Shown: positions 12,386 to 26,461, numbered from the stretch's first letter. The stretch: DNA of 64,000 nt from Zygnema circumcarinatum SAG 698-1b (GCA_037447605.1 CM074818.1:1066617-1130616); one strand, 5' to 3'. Notes: generated by a model from the sequence alone, not told the origin. Translations and numbers: made by a program.

Positions 12386-15300
12386 ATGGAGACCATCGCT
12401 TTGCCCCTCCCGCCAACACTGAGGGGAAAACTGCTCGCTGCTGGTTTTAGAACAGCCATGGATTTCCAAGGCGTTGGACCTGTTGAGCTTGCTAGAGGTG
12501 AGAGGCAATCTGCCTGTGCCAGATGACTCGTTTGCTTGCTGAACCAGTTAAGCCGCTACAAATTCTGCATCACTGAAATAAATTTCTCTTCCCCCATTGA
12601 TTGGCCTCATAGCTACTTCGATATCAGTAAGGAAAGTAATATATCAGACTTTGGAGGGTGGCATAGCTTATGTCGGTGAAGTTGGGTGCAGATGCCCATT
12701 TGACACACGAAGAAGCTTTACACATCCTCAGGCTTATCCCTGGAATTGGTGGAAGTGATCCATTGTTAGCAGGAGGGATAGCGATTTCAGGTAATGGTCT
12801 GCAGAAATAGCAATGGATCCATGTTCACCATGTCCTGAACTCGCGTACTATAGAACCGATGAATCCTGCATCTGGGAGTCGCACTTAGAACAAATAGAGA
12901 GAGTTTCTTCGTCAAGTTGCATTTGGCATACTGTCAAATCAGAAGAGGGTTTGTGACCGAATCAAGTATTGAGCAAAATTTCCTAAAAACGTCCTCAACA
13001 TGGTTAGGAACCCATTGCTTCTGTTATTTTTTTCCTTTTTAACATTTCTCAAACTTCACTCTTTTTGTCTCTTTGATATCGCAACAGTTTTAGTCCGAAT
13101 AGCTGAAAGAGCATAACCCTATCAAAAAGCAGCGTGCTTATTGTGCAGGAGCAAAGTCAGCTTGGGAGCTTCTTGCTTATGAGAAGGCAAGAAGAAAGAT
13201 TACGACTCTTTGCCCTCAGCTAGATAATATTTTAGGCGGAGGCATAGTTTCTAAGGAGATTACCGAAATTTGTAAGCACCTTCTCTCATTCCTTGACATC
13301 TCTTTAGTCGTAATGTTGTGAAACCAGCTGTCATTCTGAGACAGCAATTACGTTGGTTGATGGCTTTTGCACTTGAGACTGCTGCTTTGCATAAAGATTG
13401 AATGTTCAGAGAAGGGTGGCTTAAACTCCTACAAGTTTCTACCTGAGTAAGCGCTGACTGATTCCGCTCCTGAAGGTCTGGCTACATGCTTAAATAAAAG
13501 CATGTACTGAGCATTGAACCTTGAATTGTGCAGGTGGTCTTCCCGGTATTGGAAAGACTCAGATTGGGTACTCGGCCATCTCTCTTCCACTTGTTTCCCC
13601 TTGAATGCCTCATCATCTTCTCTTATTGCGAGTAAGTCTTTTTGAATAGTCTTACACTTTAAATTGGACTGCAGAAACCGCGGAGTCAAGGACTGCCCGA
13701 GTTCATGACTTCCAGCGAGTCCTGCACTTTTGTATTCCTTATGAATGAAAAAGGAAAGCTTTTTTGAGAGGAAGGTATTGAAATAGCTAAAGGGCTCCTG
13801 TCTCAGAATGCAATTGGCGATAAATGTCCAGATACCACCGCAGTTGAACGGTCTTGGTGGCCAAGCTATATACATTGGTAAGTTCACTCTGTTCATACTT
13901 TTCTTCTGCCAAAACTCCCCTCCCTCCCCTCCCCTCCCNNNNNNNNNNCCCTCATGCATGGTTGCCTAAGTTATGTGACTGCTAAAAGCTCGTTTGGCAG
14001 ACACTTTTAGCAGCTGGGCTTTCCATTCATTGATATCGTCATGGGGATTGCCCCCAAATGTGTTACTGCTTTTGATTGATTCAATTGAATTGTGTTATTT
14101 GGTTCAGACACAGAGGGAAGTTTCATGGTTGAACGAGCCTTAGAGTTAGCTCATGGGATGCTCACCGATCTCCAAGAATCGGCAGCTGACCATCATCGGT
14201 CCGATGTGGAGGAGATGATGGCTCACATAACCCCCGATGACATTCTTTCGAATATTTTTTACTTTCGACTGCACGAATACGTCGAACAAATAGCTCTAAT
14301 CAACACTCTGGACAGTTTTCTGGAGCAGCATCCGCAGGTCTGTCCTCTTATACATGCATTTCCTCACTCACTGATAAAATTTCATCTCTAAAGGGATGGG
14401 TTTGCTCATGTTGGAGAGGGGGTGTACGGCGAAAGGGGAGGGCAAAAGTCCACTTTTTTATCATAGATTTTAGTTTCTGGAAGACTTGCCGATTCAAAGC
14501 TTCCAGTGAACATCAATTGAGCAGCAGCTCTTAATGAGTAAACTGCGAGTGATGATGGGAGCTTTGGCAAAGTTTTTAACCTTCCGTTTTGAATGTTCGG
14601 CCTATCGTTTTCCCGTCGTTTCAGACCAGACCGGTGTTGTTTTCTTTTGTACCCTCATCGTCCTTTAGCGACCCATTTATCTCATATTTGACTCACTGAT
14701 TTTCTGCAGGTGAAGATTATTGTGATTGACAGTATAACCTTCCATTTTCGACAAGATTTTCCTGATATGGCGCATAGAGCACGTCTTCTCAACGGAATGG
14801 CACAGAAACTGATGAGCATTGCAGACAAACATGACATCGCTGTGAGTAGCTTTGACTTTGACTGAGAGAATGAATACAAGCAGGGGAGCAGTTGACTTGC
14901 ACTTGGAAAACATGCAATTCTATGAAGCTTAGAAGCTGACATAATAACGTGAAAAGTAGAGTCAAGGATTGTTTGGACTACCGTTTGAGCTTTAGGGTTA
15001 TGATGAGACTGAGATGCTTCTGGTTGAGAATGCAGATTGTTTTGGTCAATCAAGTGACTACCAAGGTGGTGGGAGACCACGCCAAGCTTGTGCCAGCTCT
15101 TGGTAGGTACTCCTTCTGTTATGCTGCTCGGCTTTGAAAAGAAGGATTTCATTTTGATGTTTGTAAAGTGTCCTAAGATATCAGACTACCATGTAAATCC
15201 AATATCCACCTATCACAGAGATTTTTTTAAACATAAGAATGCTTCTTTCTTCTGTCTATCTATGATCTCCAGCCATATCAGCAAAAAGTTGAAAGCTCAC

Positions 15301-15792
15301 AAACCTAAACTCAATTGCTTTTCGATTTAAATTCTTCTTCTACGCCTCTTTCCCCTTTGACAAACTTTTTCCTTGCCCCCCTCCCTCCTCAGTGCTGTCA
15401 GCTGTCCCCTACGTCTCTGCCATTGACCCTCCCTCAGAGAAAGCTTTCCTTTGAATGCGGCCTTTGAATGCCTTTGAATGCTTCTGAATGCCTTTGAGTG
15501 CCTTTGAATGCCTTTGAATGCCTTTGAATGCAGCCTTTGAATGCAACCTTAGAATGCCTCTGAATGCTTGCTTGCAGGTGACAGCTGGTCTCACGCGTGC
15601 ACCAATCGCATCATTCTCTGGTGGAACGCGGGTCAGCGCGAGGCTCACATCTACAAGTCGCCCTCTCTCAAGACCGCAAGCGCGCCCTTCCACATCACCT
15701 CCAGCGGAGTGAGGGGGCCCCCCAAGAGCAGCAGCAGCAGCGGCAGCAAGCGGCCGAGAACGGACTCAGGGCAGGCCTTCGCCGAGCAGTAA
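12386..15792 (+). CDS. RAD51C: DNA repair protein RAD51 paralog C; exons approx. 12386-12497, 12692-12790, 13149-13271, 13534-13567, 13807-13877, 14108-14337, 14710-14841, 15036-15102, 15578-15792
   Basis: [22 protein letters not shown]-terminus, LDNILGGG, Walker [21 protein letters not shown], Walker [16 protein letters not shown] and [13 protein letters not shown]. Confidence 0.93.
15449..15569. repeat. 10-bp minisatellite (TTTGAATGCC)n in the last RAD51C intron
   Basis: About 11-12 imperfect copies of cctttgaatg, ending next to the splice acceptor. Confidence 0.9.
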
Positions 15793-17785
15793 GAGCAAGT
15801 AAGTAGCAAGTAGTTGGCCATAGTCTGCTCAGGGCTCAGCTTCTTTCATAGGAGATGCGCGCAGAGGCAGCTCGAACCTCTCCTCTCCTCTCCTCTCTCT
15901 CCTCTCCTCTGGTCTCCTCTCCTCTCTTCTCTCTCTCTATCTCACTCGTTCTCGAGAGAACGATGCAGCGGCCCGCTTCCCAAAATGCCATCATGAATAT
16001 AGTTGAAAGTGCCGCAGTGGAAGGCTTCCCTCGAAACGCACATTGACGGCAAAACAGAACCAGAAGTAAAATGTCAAAGGATGACGCACAACCCCCTAAT
16101 GTTAAAAGGCAATGCTGCAGAAAGCCCTCACAGCGCAAAACCCTAAATAGTCAACAACAACAACTAAAAGGTCACTCACGTCTGCCCAATGACAACAATA
16201 AAAATTAAACAAAAAAAAAAGGAATAAATGGGAGGTAGATACAGCACTAATTAAAGAGAGAAGCAATACAGTTATTCCCTAAAGAACTTGTCCGCGCATT
16301 CTATGTATGCTACATGTTTTGGAGGACTCCCCTCCAACTGCCTTTACACATTATAAGCCCTAACCCTAAAACCCTAAAACCGAATCCCCTCTATACGCTA
16401 TAGCCCTCTCCTCCGCTTCGCCTAAGCATGCATGCTCGCATGAATGCCTACGGACTAGGCCAAAGTCGGGCGCCTAAATCCCACATAAGGTAATTCTTAG
16501 CAATGTTTTGCCGTCGAAAATAAACAATTCATGCAATTTCTCAATTGATTCAACTCAGTAGCAACACAGGATCTTCGGTGGTGTTTGGTTGCATCCAGCA
16601 GCTCAGCATTCATTCATTCGTTGAGCCCATCTTATCGTCAGACTTTGAATCGATCTCCTCATTGCGCATCCTGCAAGATGAGGAGTTTTACGGTGACACA
16701 TTTTGTAAGGTTAAGAAGTTTTTTAGAACGATTTTTTTTCTTTTTGGCTTATTGAGCCTATGGAAGGAGAAAAGTACTGTACTTTGAGGAGAGTATCAGA
16801 TGTTTTTGGATTCCTAAAAGGTTGTGACACATCCACAATTCTTCAATTCATAGAAAAAAGAAAAAAATTACGAATATTCCATAAGAAGACTGTAAGGAGC
16901 ATGATACCAATGAAAGGAGACTCGCTACATGCTGCAATTCCTTCATTAAATGAAATTAAATTAAATTCATGGAATTCATTTACGAACTCATGTATGAATT
17001 GCTTGCTGCAGTGCTGTGTATTCTCACCTCCTCTTTGGAGGGGAAAAGGGCAGGCAATCAAGAACCAACGGAGCCCTTGCGGTTGTTGACGGGGCTTCCC
17101 GTGAACCGCGTATCGATGGGCACATTGTAGCTCCCTGGTAGCCAAAAAGAAGCAAACCAACCACATGTGGCAATTCTCAGTTGAACTCAGACAAAGATGC
17201 AGAAGGACAGAGAGAGACAGAGAGACAGAGAGACAGAGAGACAGAGAGAAAAAAACTGACTGTCAGTCCAGAGGTGGCACCTAGACAAATATGCAAGGAA
17301 GGAGAACGGCATTCATTCGTGCCACTGCAATGGCTATATAAGGATTTTATGTTTAAGTATCAATGCATTTGTTGTTTATTTTTTATATAATGATGCCGGC
17401 ACACATGCTTTTGGTCGAGTATTCTATGGAGAAGAACTTACGAGGAACATCGAAGCTTCCACCAGATCTGCTTCGCTGAAGAGTGCTCTTCTGAGGGGAT
17501 CGAGATGCAGCCTTAGGAGCTCTGCAGTTTGAAAAAAGAAAACAATTCGTCAAACTGAATAACTGCAAGAGAGTTCCACACGCAAAAGCTAATGAAATGT
17601 TTTCCGACTGATATGACTTCATGCAGAGGGCTCTTCGACGGTCAGCGTCATAGGGAGAACGAAAGAACAAAAGGGATGCAAATCTGAGACTGCACAAACA
17701 ACAGAAAGTCACCACTAATTCTAGATAGATAGTTTCAAACATCTATTACAAACACACAGTAGATATGCCCCTCTGCTAGTGTATA

Positions 17786-17819
<34 letters not shown>

Positions 17820-18266
17820 TGTGAGTTGATGCCAAGAGGCGGCGTTGCGGGATAAAACTAAGGATAAAAATGGCATTATGTCGAGCTTACTGTTGAGGTG
17901 ATGAAGACTTCTGAGGAACAAGCACGGCCTGATGGTGATGGTGCATCCAATGGTCCTGCATTCTCCCCCTCACCCAAAACTGTGTCGGTCTTGTGTTGAC
18001 TTGAGTTGACTAAGTAATCTTGAAACACACTTTGTCTGCTCTATTTTTGAAAGACGTTGCCAAGAAACATCCCTTCAGTAGGAAGCCATGTAAACATCCT
18101 GGTTGATTGGATGAACTTAGAGTTTGGGTTCTTTGGGTTCTAATTGTAGAACTTGGGTTCTAGAATTCTGTCTTTTTCAGGTCTCTCCGAAGAAGATTCA
18201 TGTTTTTGGGTCGTCATTAGGGAAGTAACGACTGTTGAGATATTGACTATTGGAGTTGAAAGAATC

Positions 18267-21200
18267 TTAAATCTTTAACTGTTCACGGAGTTCACAATTC
18301 AGCTACACACGAGGTTTATCTGGAATACTACTCACCTGCTGCGAAAAGCCTTCCTTCCACATATTCCCAGCGAGACGTGAATCCATCGCTCCCTCTCTCA
18401 AATTTGCAACATTTTGCTGCTCAGTTGCTGGTGAAGTTGAAGCTTCCTTCATCGGAGATTTTCGCAAAGATCGCGGTGAGATAAGGGTGGGAGTCCTCAT
18501 CAACTGCCCCACTCCCAAACCCGTACCGGAAAAAAACCCTTCTTCTATTTTCGGGCTGGAGGGGCTCCATGTAGCTCTTCCTTGTGGTTTCTTATCGCCG
18601 CCATTGAACAGATTTCGGTGCTGCGGATGTGCTTGTGGAGGTGTTGTTTTCTGCTTGTTCTTTACTTCATGTTTTTCTTCGCCGGGATTCCATGCACGGG
18701 GAGATTTTTTCCCGCCGGTAGGTACAACTCCCGCATGCATAGCCTGATTCTCCCAACCCTGATTTCCCCAGAAAGCAGAATTCCCTCCTCCTTCTCTCCC
18801 ATCAAGGGATGCTATATGGGGTCCTCCGTAGCCGAATGCATGATGTGGGGCGTACATTAGGCCCTGCAATTGAGGGTCAACTGCAGAGCTCCGAGAATTC
18901 TCATGCTTGAAACTTTGATTTTGGTAATCAATAGGTAAATTTCTAGCTTCATTTGAAGCCCCACTCCTTGCCTTTGTGTAATACAGCTGATGTTCGGCTC
19001 CATTTCCACCTCCATTGTTGTTGATTGCAGCTGATGTAATATGAGAATCCGTCGAAAAGCCAAAACCTGTGGAGGGGAGAGGTCCGGAAAATGACTCTCG
19101 TTTCGCAGCTCTCTTAAAGCTCGCTTTTGGTGTGAGAGCAAGAGCTACTATGGAGGGTCCCGAGGAGGAATTAGTTTTCGTCTGAAGTGGTTTCGAGAAC
19201 ATCTCTTCGTTCCCTGTATTCCAATGCATCCTCCTGCGTGTTACTTCACCAGTTTGTCCATTCATGACGTGCTTAAGCTGCTCGAGGAAGTCAATAGGCT
19301 GAGTTTCATCCTTTACTTCGCTCCCTCTCTTCACTGCCTGCTGCTCTGCACTGAAATCATGTCCTATTTTGGGGTTGAACTTCTCCGACTTCTCCGACTT
19401 CTCCAACTGAAAATCATCTTGATTAGCTCCGATAGTCAAAGTCGTCTCCTTCTCCTCCGTTTCCTCTGTTCTTTCCCCCTCTTGGGGAGTGATTAGAGTT
19501 TCCTGCATTGCCTTCCAAGGCGATGCTTTCACAGTTGTCTCTGAACCCAACTCAAGGAGGGCTTCGAAGGTAGTCATCACACTTTTGGGCACCTCTGATT
19601 TGGGTGGAACGATAGTCTCACTCCCCTCACCACTTTCCATCTCTATACTTTCATGGCTCCTTTGGCTCTCACTCGTTTCACTCCACCCACTCCTGCTATT
19701 CCTCCTACCTTTCCCACTCCTCAGAGAGCTGATAGAAGATATCGAATCTGCTGTGTTATTGAAAGAAAAGTGATGCTGGGACCCCCCAATTCCTCCTCCT
19801 CGGTTCTCCTTTGACCTTCCTACCTTTTTCTTCTTCTCTTTCTCCATGTTCACTTCAATATTGTAGGCACTATTCTCCACATTTGCCTCAATATTCAAGT
19901 CACTATGCACTCCTAGAGGTCGGCGTTCTAACGGGTGTCTGTAGACCGGAGACATGGAGGATGGGTCACTAGTTTCGCTGAACTGCTGTTCAGGGTTCTT
20001 AAACATGAAACTTTCAGAGCTCGCTTGAGTCTGTTCCTCCGAACTGACAACGGATTTCTGCTGAACAGCAACAGATTCTTGGACCCATGTGTCGGAAATT
20101 TGAAAAGAATACTCAGAGACCGTGTCCTCTTCAGAATTTCTTCTCTCCTTTCTTTGGAGCGTCACCTCCCCTTCATATTGAGTGATGTCCTTCTCTTGCT
20201 GCTTCGCAACCTGAAGAGAGCAAAAACAAGTTTTAACTTTTAGGACGATTCCACCCTCAATTCACTCAGTGTGATGGTCATATGCTTTCAAAGGCTCCAT
20301 TACCGAGCATTTATTCATAACTCAAGGCTGAATAAAACAAAAAACAAAACGACGAACTTGTGTTTTCACCTGTGTATTATCCGTAGAGGCACACTTCATA
20401 GAAGTATGTCGTTTCCCGCTTCTTCCGAGATGTAATGCTCGTGAAAAGAAGCCAAATCGTGCTTTCCCCTGAAGGTCCATTTGGGAAGCATCCTCACTTT
20501 CGTCCTCTTCCGCAGCATCAAGCTGCTCCCCAACCTGAAATGCAGGTTCTGTATGGCAAGCAAAAGAAAAACCTTCAACATCTTCATGCACAACTTCAGG
20601 TTTGGAAACCATCGCCTGAAGTCCCGCAACATTACTATCCGCAATTTGGGACTTTTCCTCTTCCTTCTTCAAGTTTGTCCCTTTCACAAGTTCGGCATGT
20701 TGACCTCTCTCGTCCCCTTCAGCGTTTGGTGGAGTCTCATGCTCCGACAATCGAATGTCTTCACCTGAGAGGAATTTGACCGAGATTTGGGGATTCCCTT
20801 CGGTCTCTTTTTTATCGCCTTCTTCCCCACGTCTGCCTACATTGTTCTCCTCCTCCGACCTTTCAACCTTCTCCACACTCTCAGACTTCTCTCCCTTCTC
20901 CACCATCTCAACCTTCTCAGCCTTCTTCTCTGCCCTCTCATCCTTCTCAGCCTCAATCTCCACATTTTCAACCCTCGCAGTCTCGTTCTCTGCCTTCTCA
21001 GCCGTAGCTACCTTCTCCTCAACCTTCTCTACCTTCGCTTCTGCGTCAGCCTTCGTGATAGTCGTCTCCAACTTCTCAATCTTCGCTGACTTTATCTTCG
21101 CCTTCTTCACCTTTTCACCCTTCTTTTCCATCTTCTCAATTGTCACACCCTTCTTCCCCCCCTTCTCAACCTTCTCCACCTTCTCACCCTTCTTATGCGG

Positions 21201-23730
21201 ATCAACTAACTTCAGATCTTTCGTCTCCCCCTTCTGACCCTTCCTTGCCTTCTTCTCAACCTTCTCAACCTTCTCGTCCTTCTCCTTTTTCGCAGCCTCC
21301 TTCTTCTTCTCCGCCTTCTCAACCTTCTCCGTCTTTTTCTCTACCCTCTTAACCTTCTCCTGAGCTGAAGGAGGCGAAACTGGAGGGGTTTTAGCTGATT
21401 TCCCCCTTCCGAACCAAGAAAATCGACTACCACGAGGGGATAGTGTCCCAGAAGCTTCAAGAAAAGGGTCTTGGACCCCCTTCCCTCCTTCGTCTGAAAT
21501 AGGAAAAACTGAACTTTGAGGGGTCTTCTGAGTGACGCTATCTGGAGTCGCCATCGGAGACTCTCCCACAGGGGAATGGGAGGGAGGAGTTTGTGTTAAT
21601 TCAGTAGGAAATGTGAGAGGCCCCTCCTCGTGGTTTTCTCCACCTCCTTCTCCTCCTCCATCGTCTCCTCTTCTTTTCTCGTGTGCTGAAGGTGAAACTG
21701 GAAGGGTTTCGGCGGATGTCCCCCTTCCGAACCATAAAAAACGACCACCGCGAGGAGAAAGAGTTCCGGACTCTTCAATATGGAGGCTTTCTCGCTCCTT
21801 TCCTCCTCCCTCTGAATTAGGGTTAGCTGAGCTTTGTGGGGTCTTTTGAGTGACGCTATCTGGTGTCGCCATAGGAGACTCTACCCCCGGGGAATGGGCG
21901 GGAGGAGTTAGTGTCAGTTCAGTAGGAAATGCGAGAGGAAGCCCCTTCTTCTCTTTATTCTCTCCATCTCCTTCATCTTCTCCTCCTCCACCTCCTCCCT
22001 TCCCTTCTTCTTCTTCTACATTTCCTTCTTCGTTCTCTCCGTTCAAATCCTCCCTTGTCGATGAAGTCGAATCGACTGCCACGGGAGACTCTGTCACCAT
22101 GGAATGGGTCGGAAGAGTTAGTGTCACTTCAGTAGGAAATGCGAGAGTCCCCTCCTTCTCTTCGTTCTCTCCATCTCCTTCAGCTTCTCCTCCTCCACGT
22201 TCTTCCTTCCCTTCTCTCTCCTCTTCTCTTTCGTCGTTCTCTCCGTTTAAGGCTTCCCCTATCCACGAAGCCGAATCGACAGTACCTTCCTGAACCTCGT
22301 CGGGTGATTCATTTTCACAGCTTAGATAGTCAAGATTGCTGCCTTGGAAGGAAGCAGAAGGTACATCACTTTGGGGTGGCGAAGTTGGAGTCGTCTCCTG
22401 GAAAGGCCTGTACCAATCAAAAATGGCCGTCAGAAATTCGTTACTGGAAGATGACAATGTCACAAATTCAAGAAACAAAATCACGAAACGCTTGCATGCA
22501 TACATACTTCCTGCTTACCTTCTGCGTACAAACATACACACGTCCATATATGCGTATATGCAGGTCAATACTTACAAACTTTGCATATTTCAAAGTAAGG
22601 TAGTTTTAAATAAAAAAACGCAAACTTCAAGGTATAGGTATAGGGCAAGGTATACTTACTTTGGCATAGCTTTCTCTGTCATGTTTGATGGGACTTCCGT
22701 TCCACGATGGATCGATTCCCGAACTTGGTCGACATCTCTGGAAGTGGATACCTCCACTACGACACCGTCAGTTGACTTCAGTCCAAACAGACCATCTCCG
22801 AGTTCTGTTGTGAGGGAGACCATGGACAGGTGTCCCGTTGGAGTGACATGGACGGCATCATCATCTCCATCTTCTTGGTTTTCCGCATTCTCCATCTCCT
22901 CCAGATGTTCCACTTCTTCCACGTTCTCCGCATTGTCCGAAGTTTCTGCAGTTTCCAGATCTTCCTGATAATGATTATCATCGACATTTGCGGAAGATTG
23001 GGCAGAGTGTCCATCTCCTTTCTGAGTCTCTGTAATCGGCTGGAGATTGAGCACCTGCACAGCATACTCTTAAACATCCTTCAGCATCCCTTCATCTCTC
23101 TACCTCTCCTCTCTCCCCCTTTGATGTCTCTACACGCTCTCTCTTCCCTCCCTCCGACTCACACCCTCACGCTTCTTCCTCCCCCTCCCTCCCCTCTTTG
23201 TCCCCTTCCTTTCCTCTCCCTGACCAAACCCTCCCATCCCTCTCACTCACTCTCTCACCTTCTCCCGAAGTCTCCTTGCCTCCTCCTCCTCCTCGTGCAA
23301 CCTTCGCTTCAACACTGCCACCTCCTCTGCCAGCTCCGTCACTTGCGTCCATGGCATGCCATTTTGATGGGATTTGAACGGAATATTTGTGCTGCCGCAA
23401 GAGCTGATTGAAGAGCCTCCCATTCGCACAGTTTCTGTCTCATCATAGGAGGGGCTATCAGGCTGAGCATCATAGTACAGATTGTACAGCGGTCTTGTTC
23501 CTGCATCCCACACAATCCCAAACATAGAAAACAATAAATAAAAACGGAAGAAACGAAGAAAGCAGGGAAGCAAGTAAAGCCATGAATGGAAAAGGGGTTA
23601 ATTCCCAGGAAGAAACCGGTTATTCCTAGAAATGGTTCGAAAGTTTCTGCTTACCTTCACCGAGCTTTCCTGGAGTGTTTTGGTATCGAATAGAAGCTTT
23701 CCCTCCTTTCTGAATTGGTGAAGGTCTCTG
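18267..23730 (-). CDS. Large low-complexity, probably disordered protein of unknown function (~1,500 aa). Exons approx. 23727-23655, 23501-23259, 23054-22660, ~22408-20370, ~20210-18336, 18278-18267; the 5' end is uncertain.
   Basis: Two long ORFs (727 aa and 620 aa) plus flanking exons with GT-AG sites. It has an N-terminal coiled coil (VTELAEEVAVLKRRLHEEEEEARRLREK), KVEK repeats and internal duplications. No recognisable domain. Confidence 0.65.
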
Positions 23731-24786
23731 CATGAAAATAAGGGAAGACATATTAACATGTATTTGGAAATCACTTGCAAAACTGAAGAGTTTCAACGCA
23801 GGAATTCCAATTTCTCCTTCAAATACTTCATTCCATATTTTTCAGGCCTCCTTCTGCACCTTGTTTGTGTGACTGAACGAGTCCTGACTGATTGTTATTT
23901 TTTTCGAACATCTCTTTCTCACACACATCGCTCTCTCATTTTTAATTTAACGTAACTGATATGGAACTTTCTACAGATACAAGCTCAGAATAACCCCATC
24001 TCGTCTTCTTCTCTCCCTCTCTCACACACTCTCCGTCTCTTTCCGATTTCCATCCTTTCCATCCTCTCCCTTCCTCCCTTTCTCCATTCCTCCACTCCTC
24101 TACCTCATACCTACCTTAATCGGTGAGTTGCTCTTTGTCGGACTAACTGCAAAGCACGAAAACACCCCCATGTTTCGTTTCCCCTCCCTCCTTCCTTTCT
24201 CCCTTCCCAGAACCCTGAATCTCCACCTCTCACTTTCCTCCTGTCTCCCTCAACCAAGTCCTACTTCCTCTCTCTCCTTCCCTATACTTTGGGCGCCTTT
24301 GCCTTCAGCCTTCCTCACCCTCCTCACTTCCGGTCATACTTCCATTGCGAGCACCCTCTGAGAGCCTTCCCTGTTCCCCTCATCCGCCATGGCTGCTGTC
24401 CCTTTCCTTCCTCACTCTCTCTCTATCTCTCACACACACACACGCTCCCTCTCTCGCCGCCTCTCTCTCTCCCGCCCGCTCTCCCTCCCTGCAAGTTTCA
24501 AACTTGGAACCGTTCAAGCGGGCCCCGCCAACGGCCCTCTCCGCCAAACGCGGGCAACCGCGTCGAACCGCCGGGCGACAACGGTGAGTTCTATGCGAGA
24601 CTTCGCGTTTTGTGAAAAATTGGCCTTAAGATTTTTCATGGAACCGAAAGTAGTGCAACAGAACATCATAGAGAGGGGCTTTCCATGCGTCCTGACACAT
24701 GGCGCGCAGTTTGCAGTACTGTACGGCGCGGCCTCGTCCCGTTGGGCGGCAGTTCGAACGGCAACGGCCATCTGCCGCCAATGCCG

Positions 24787-25060
24787 CGCCGGATTCCGGA
24801 CCATCTCATTAGCAACCAACCATTGGCTAGCAATGGTTGGACGATCCAATGGTTCACAACCATTGGGTGGCAATCGTTGGACGATCCAATGGTTCGCAAC
24901 CAGTGGATTGCAATGGTTGGACGATCCAATGGTTCGCAACCATTGGGAAAGCCTGGCAACCATTGGTATCCAATGGCTGCCAATCCAAGACCGAAGCAAT
25001 GGTTGCGAGCCATTGGCCTGCCAATCAGTGGTAGCCAATCATTGGCAAACAATGTTTGGC
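24787..25060. repeat. Array of CAACCATTGG/CCAATGGTTG motifs (likely subterminal repeats of a DNA transposon)
   Basis: Three copies of ggttggacgatccaatggttc.caacca; the same motif family recurs at 30840-31830 and 35150-35310. Confidence 0.65.
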
Positions 25061-25132
25061 GCAATTGGCGTACATCGGTTATATGCTTGGATTGTACGAA
25101 TATCGTATTGCATTTCCATAAGGAAGATTCTA

Positions 25133-26042
25133 GGAGAATTCTACTGCACCCCCCTATTTTGGCTTTCGCACCCCCTTTTTGAAAATTTTGCCTGCCCGTT
25201 TTGGTTATCCCCCCTGTTTTGAATATTTCGGGAGGGAATCTTTTTCCCGCCCCTCCCGTCCCCTCCCCTCCCTTCCCTTCCCCTGCCCCCCCCTCCTCTT
25301 TTTTTGGACATTCCACCCCCCCCGTTTTCTCCTTTTCACTACTGACTTCCAACATTGTGCGACAAAAGAAAAGGGGATTTGCATTGATCTCAAGATGGTG
25401 AGGCCATCACATGAACATGGACAAAGTCAACATAGGAACCACAAAAAACTGGTCGCAAATGAACCAAGCACAAAATAAAAAAACTAGGAGCAAAAAACTA
25501 AACTGAACTAAGCTTAAGCGCAAAAACGCAGCCCTAAACGCGGCTGCAAAGGTCGCCGATGTGAGGCAACTATTACTCTTTGTTTTCAGGTTAGGATTGT
25601 AGACCCCCTAATTAAGGCAAGATCTTAAGTTGTGGCCTGGTTGCTTGCAATTGGAACGTTTTTTCCCCTCAGCATACTCGAAATGGCTCTTGTCTCGGTT
25701 GATTGCCAAATTGCGCGCCCTAGTAGGTCGACCTCGTTTCTTCATAACCGGGTGGGGGTTTTGCAACTGCAATGGTTTGGTAGCAAGTTCATCTACCTGA
25801 GACTTTTACAAGCTCATTGCGGGTCTCATACTCAGTTGGTAGCAATTCTATGGACATTGCAAACCGAGAAGAGGAGGGGAGGGCAAGGGAGGGCAGGGCA
25901 GGGGAGGGGAGGGGACGGGAGGGGCGGGAAAAAGATTCCCTCCCGAAATATTTCAAAACAGGGGGGATAACCAAAACGGGCAGGCAAAATTTTCAAAAGG
26001 GGGCTGCGGATTCCAAAATGTGAGGATGCAGTAGAATTCTCC
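25133..26042. mobile_element. Non-autonomous long-TIR DNA transposon (Mutator-like MITE)
   Basis: About 170-bp inverted repeats starting GGAGAATTCTACTGCA (25133) and ending TGCAGTAGAATTCTCC (26042). Flanks are AGATTCTA and AAATTCTA (7/8-match duplication). No transposase ORF. Confidence 0.8.
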
Positions 26043-26461
26043 AAATTCTATTCTCACACCCTACAGACCTTTTTTCGCCGGGCAGATTTTAAAATAGACA
26101 AAGAAAGATTAATAACGAAAAATGCTTTTTTCACACCTTTTTGGAATCGATACACACCTTTTTCCGTGGGGCAGATTTTACCCCCCTTTTTTTTTTTTCA
26201 GAGAAAAAAATATCGGCCTGCGCGAATCCGCTCGGAGCGGAAGATCCTTTCGCACGAGATAGTTCGCGGGTAGCCGTCCTTCACACGTGCAAGAAATCTC
26301 CGCCGTCGATTATCTCCAAGATCGCACCACGGTGATCAGCAGCCGGGCTCGGTCCCAGTGANNNNNNNNNNNNNNNNNNNNNNNNNNNNNNNNNNNNNNN
26401 NNNNNNNNNNNNNNNNNNNNNNNNNNNNNNNNNNNNNNNNNNNNNNNNNNNNNNNNNNNNN

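Noticed and set aside
17161-17172. CCACATGTGGCA resembling the CYC-box TGCCATGTGGCA
   Set aside because: Only a 9-nt partial match, far from any promoter, and expected by chance.
20755-22968. Plus-strand S/F/P-rich ORFs
   Set aside because: Antisense shadows of the E/K-rich minus-strand exons.
24389-25355. Overlapping 165-277 aa ORFs on both strands
   Set aside because: They are translations of the CAACCATTGG arrays and a TIR, with no domain motifs.
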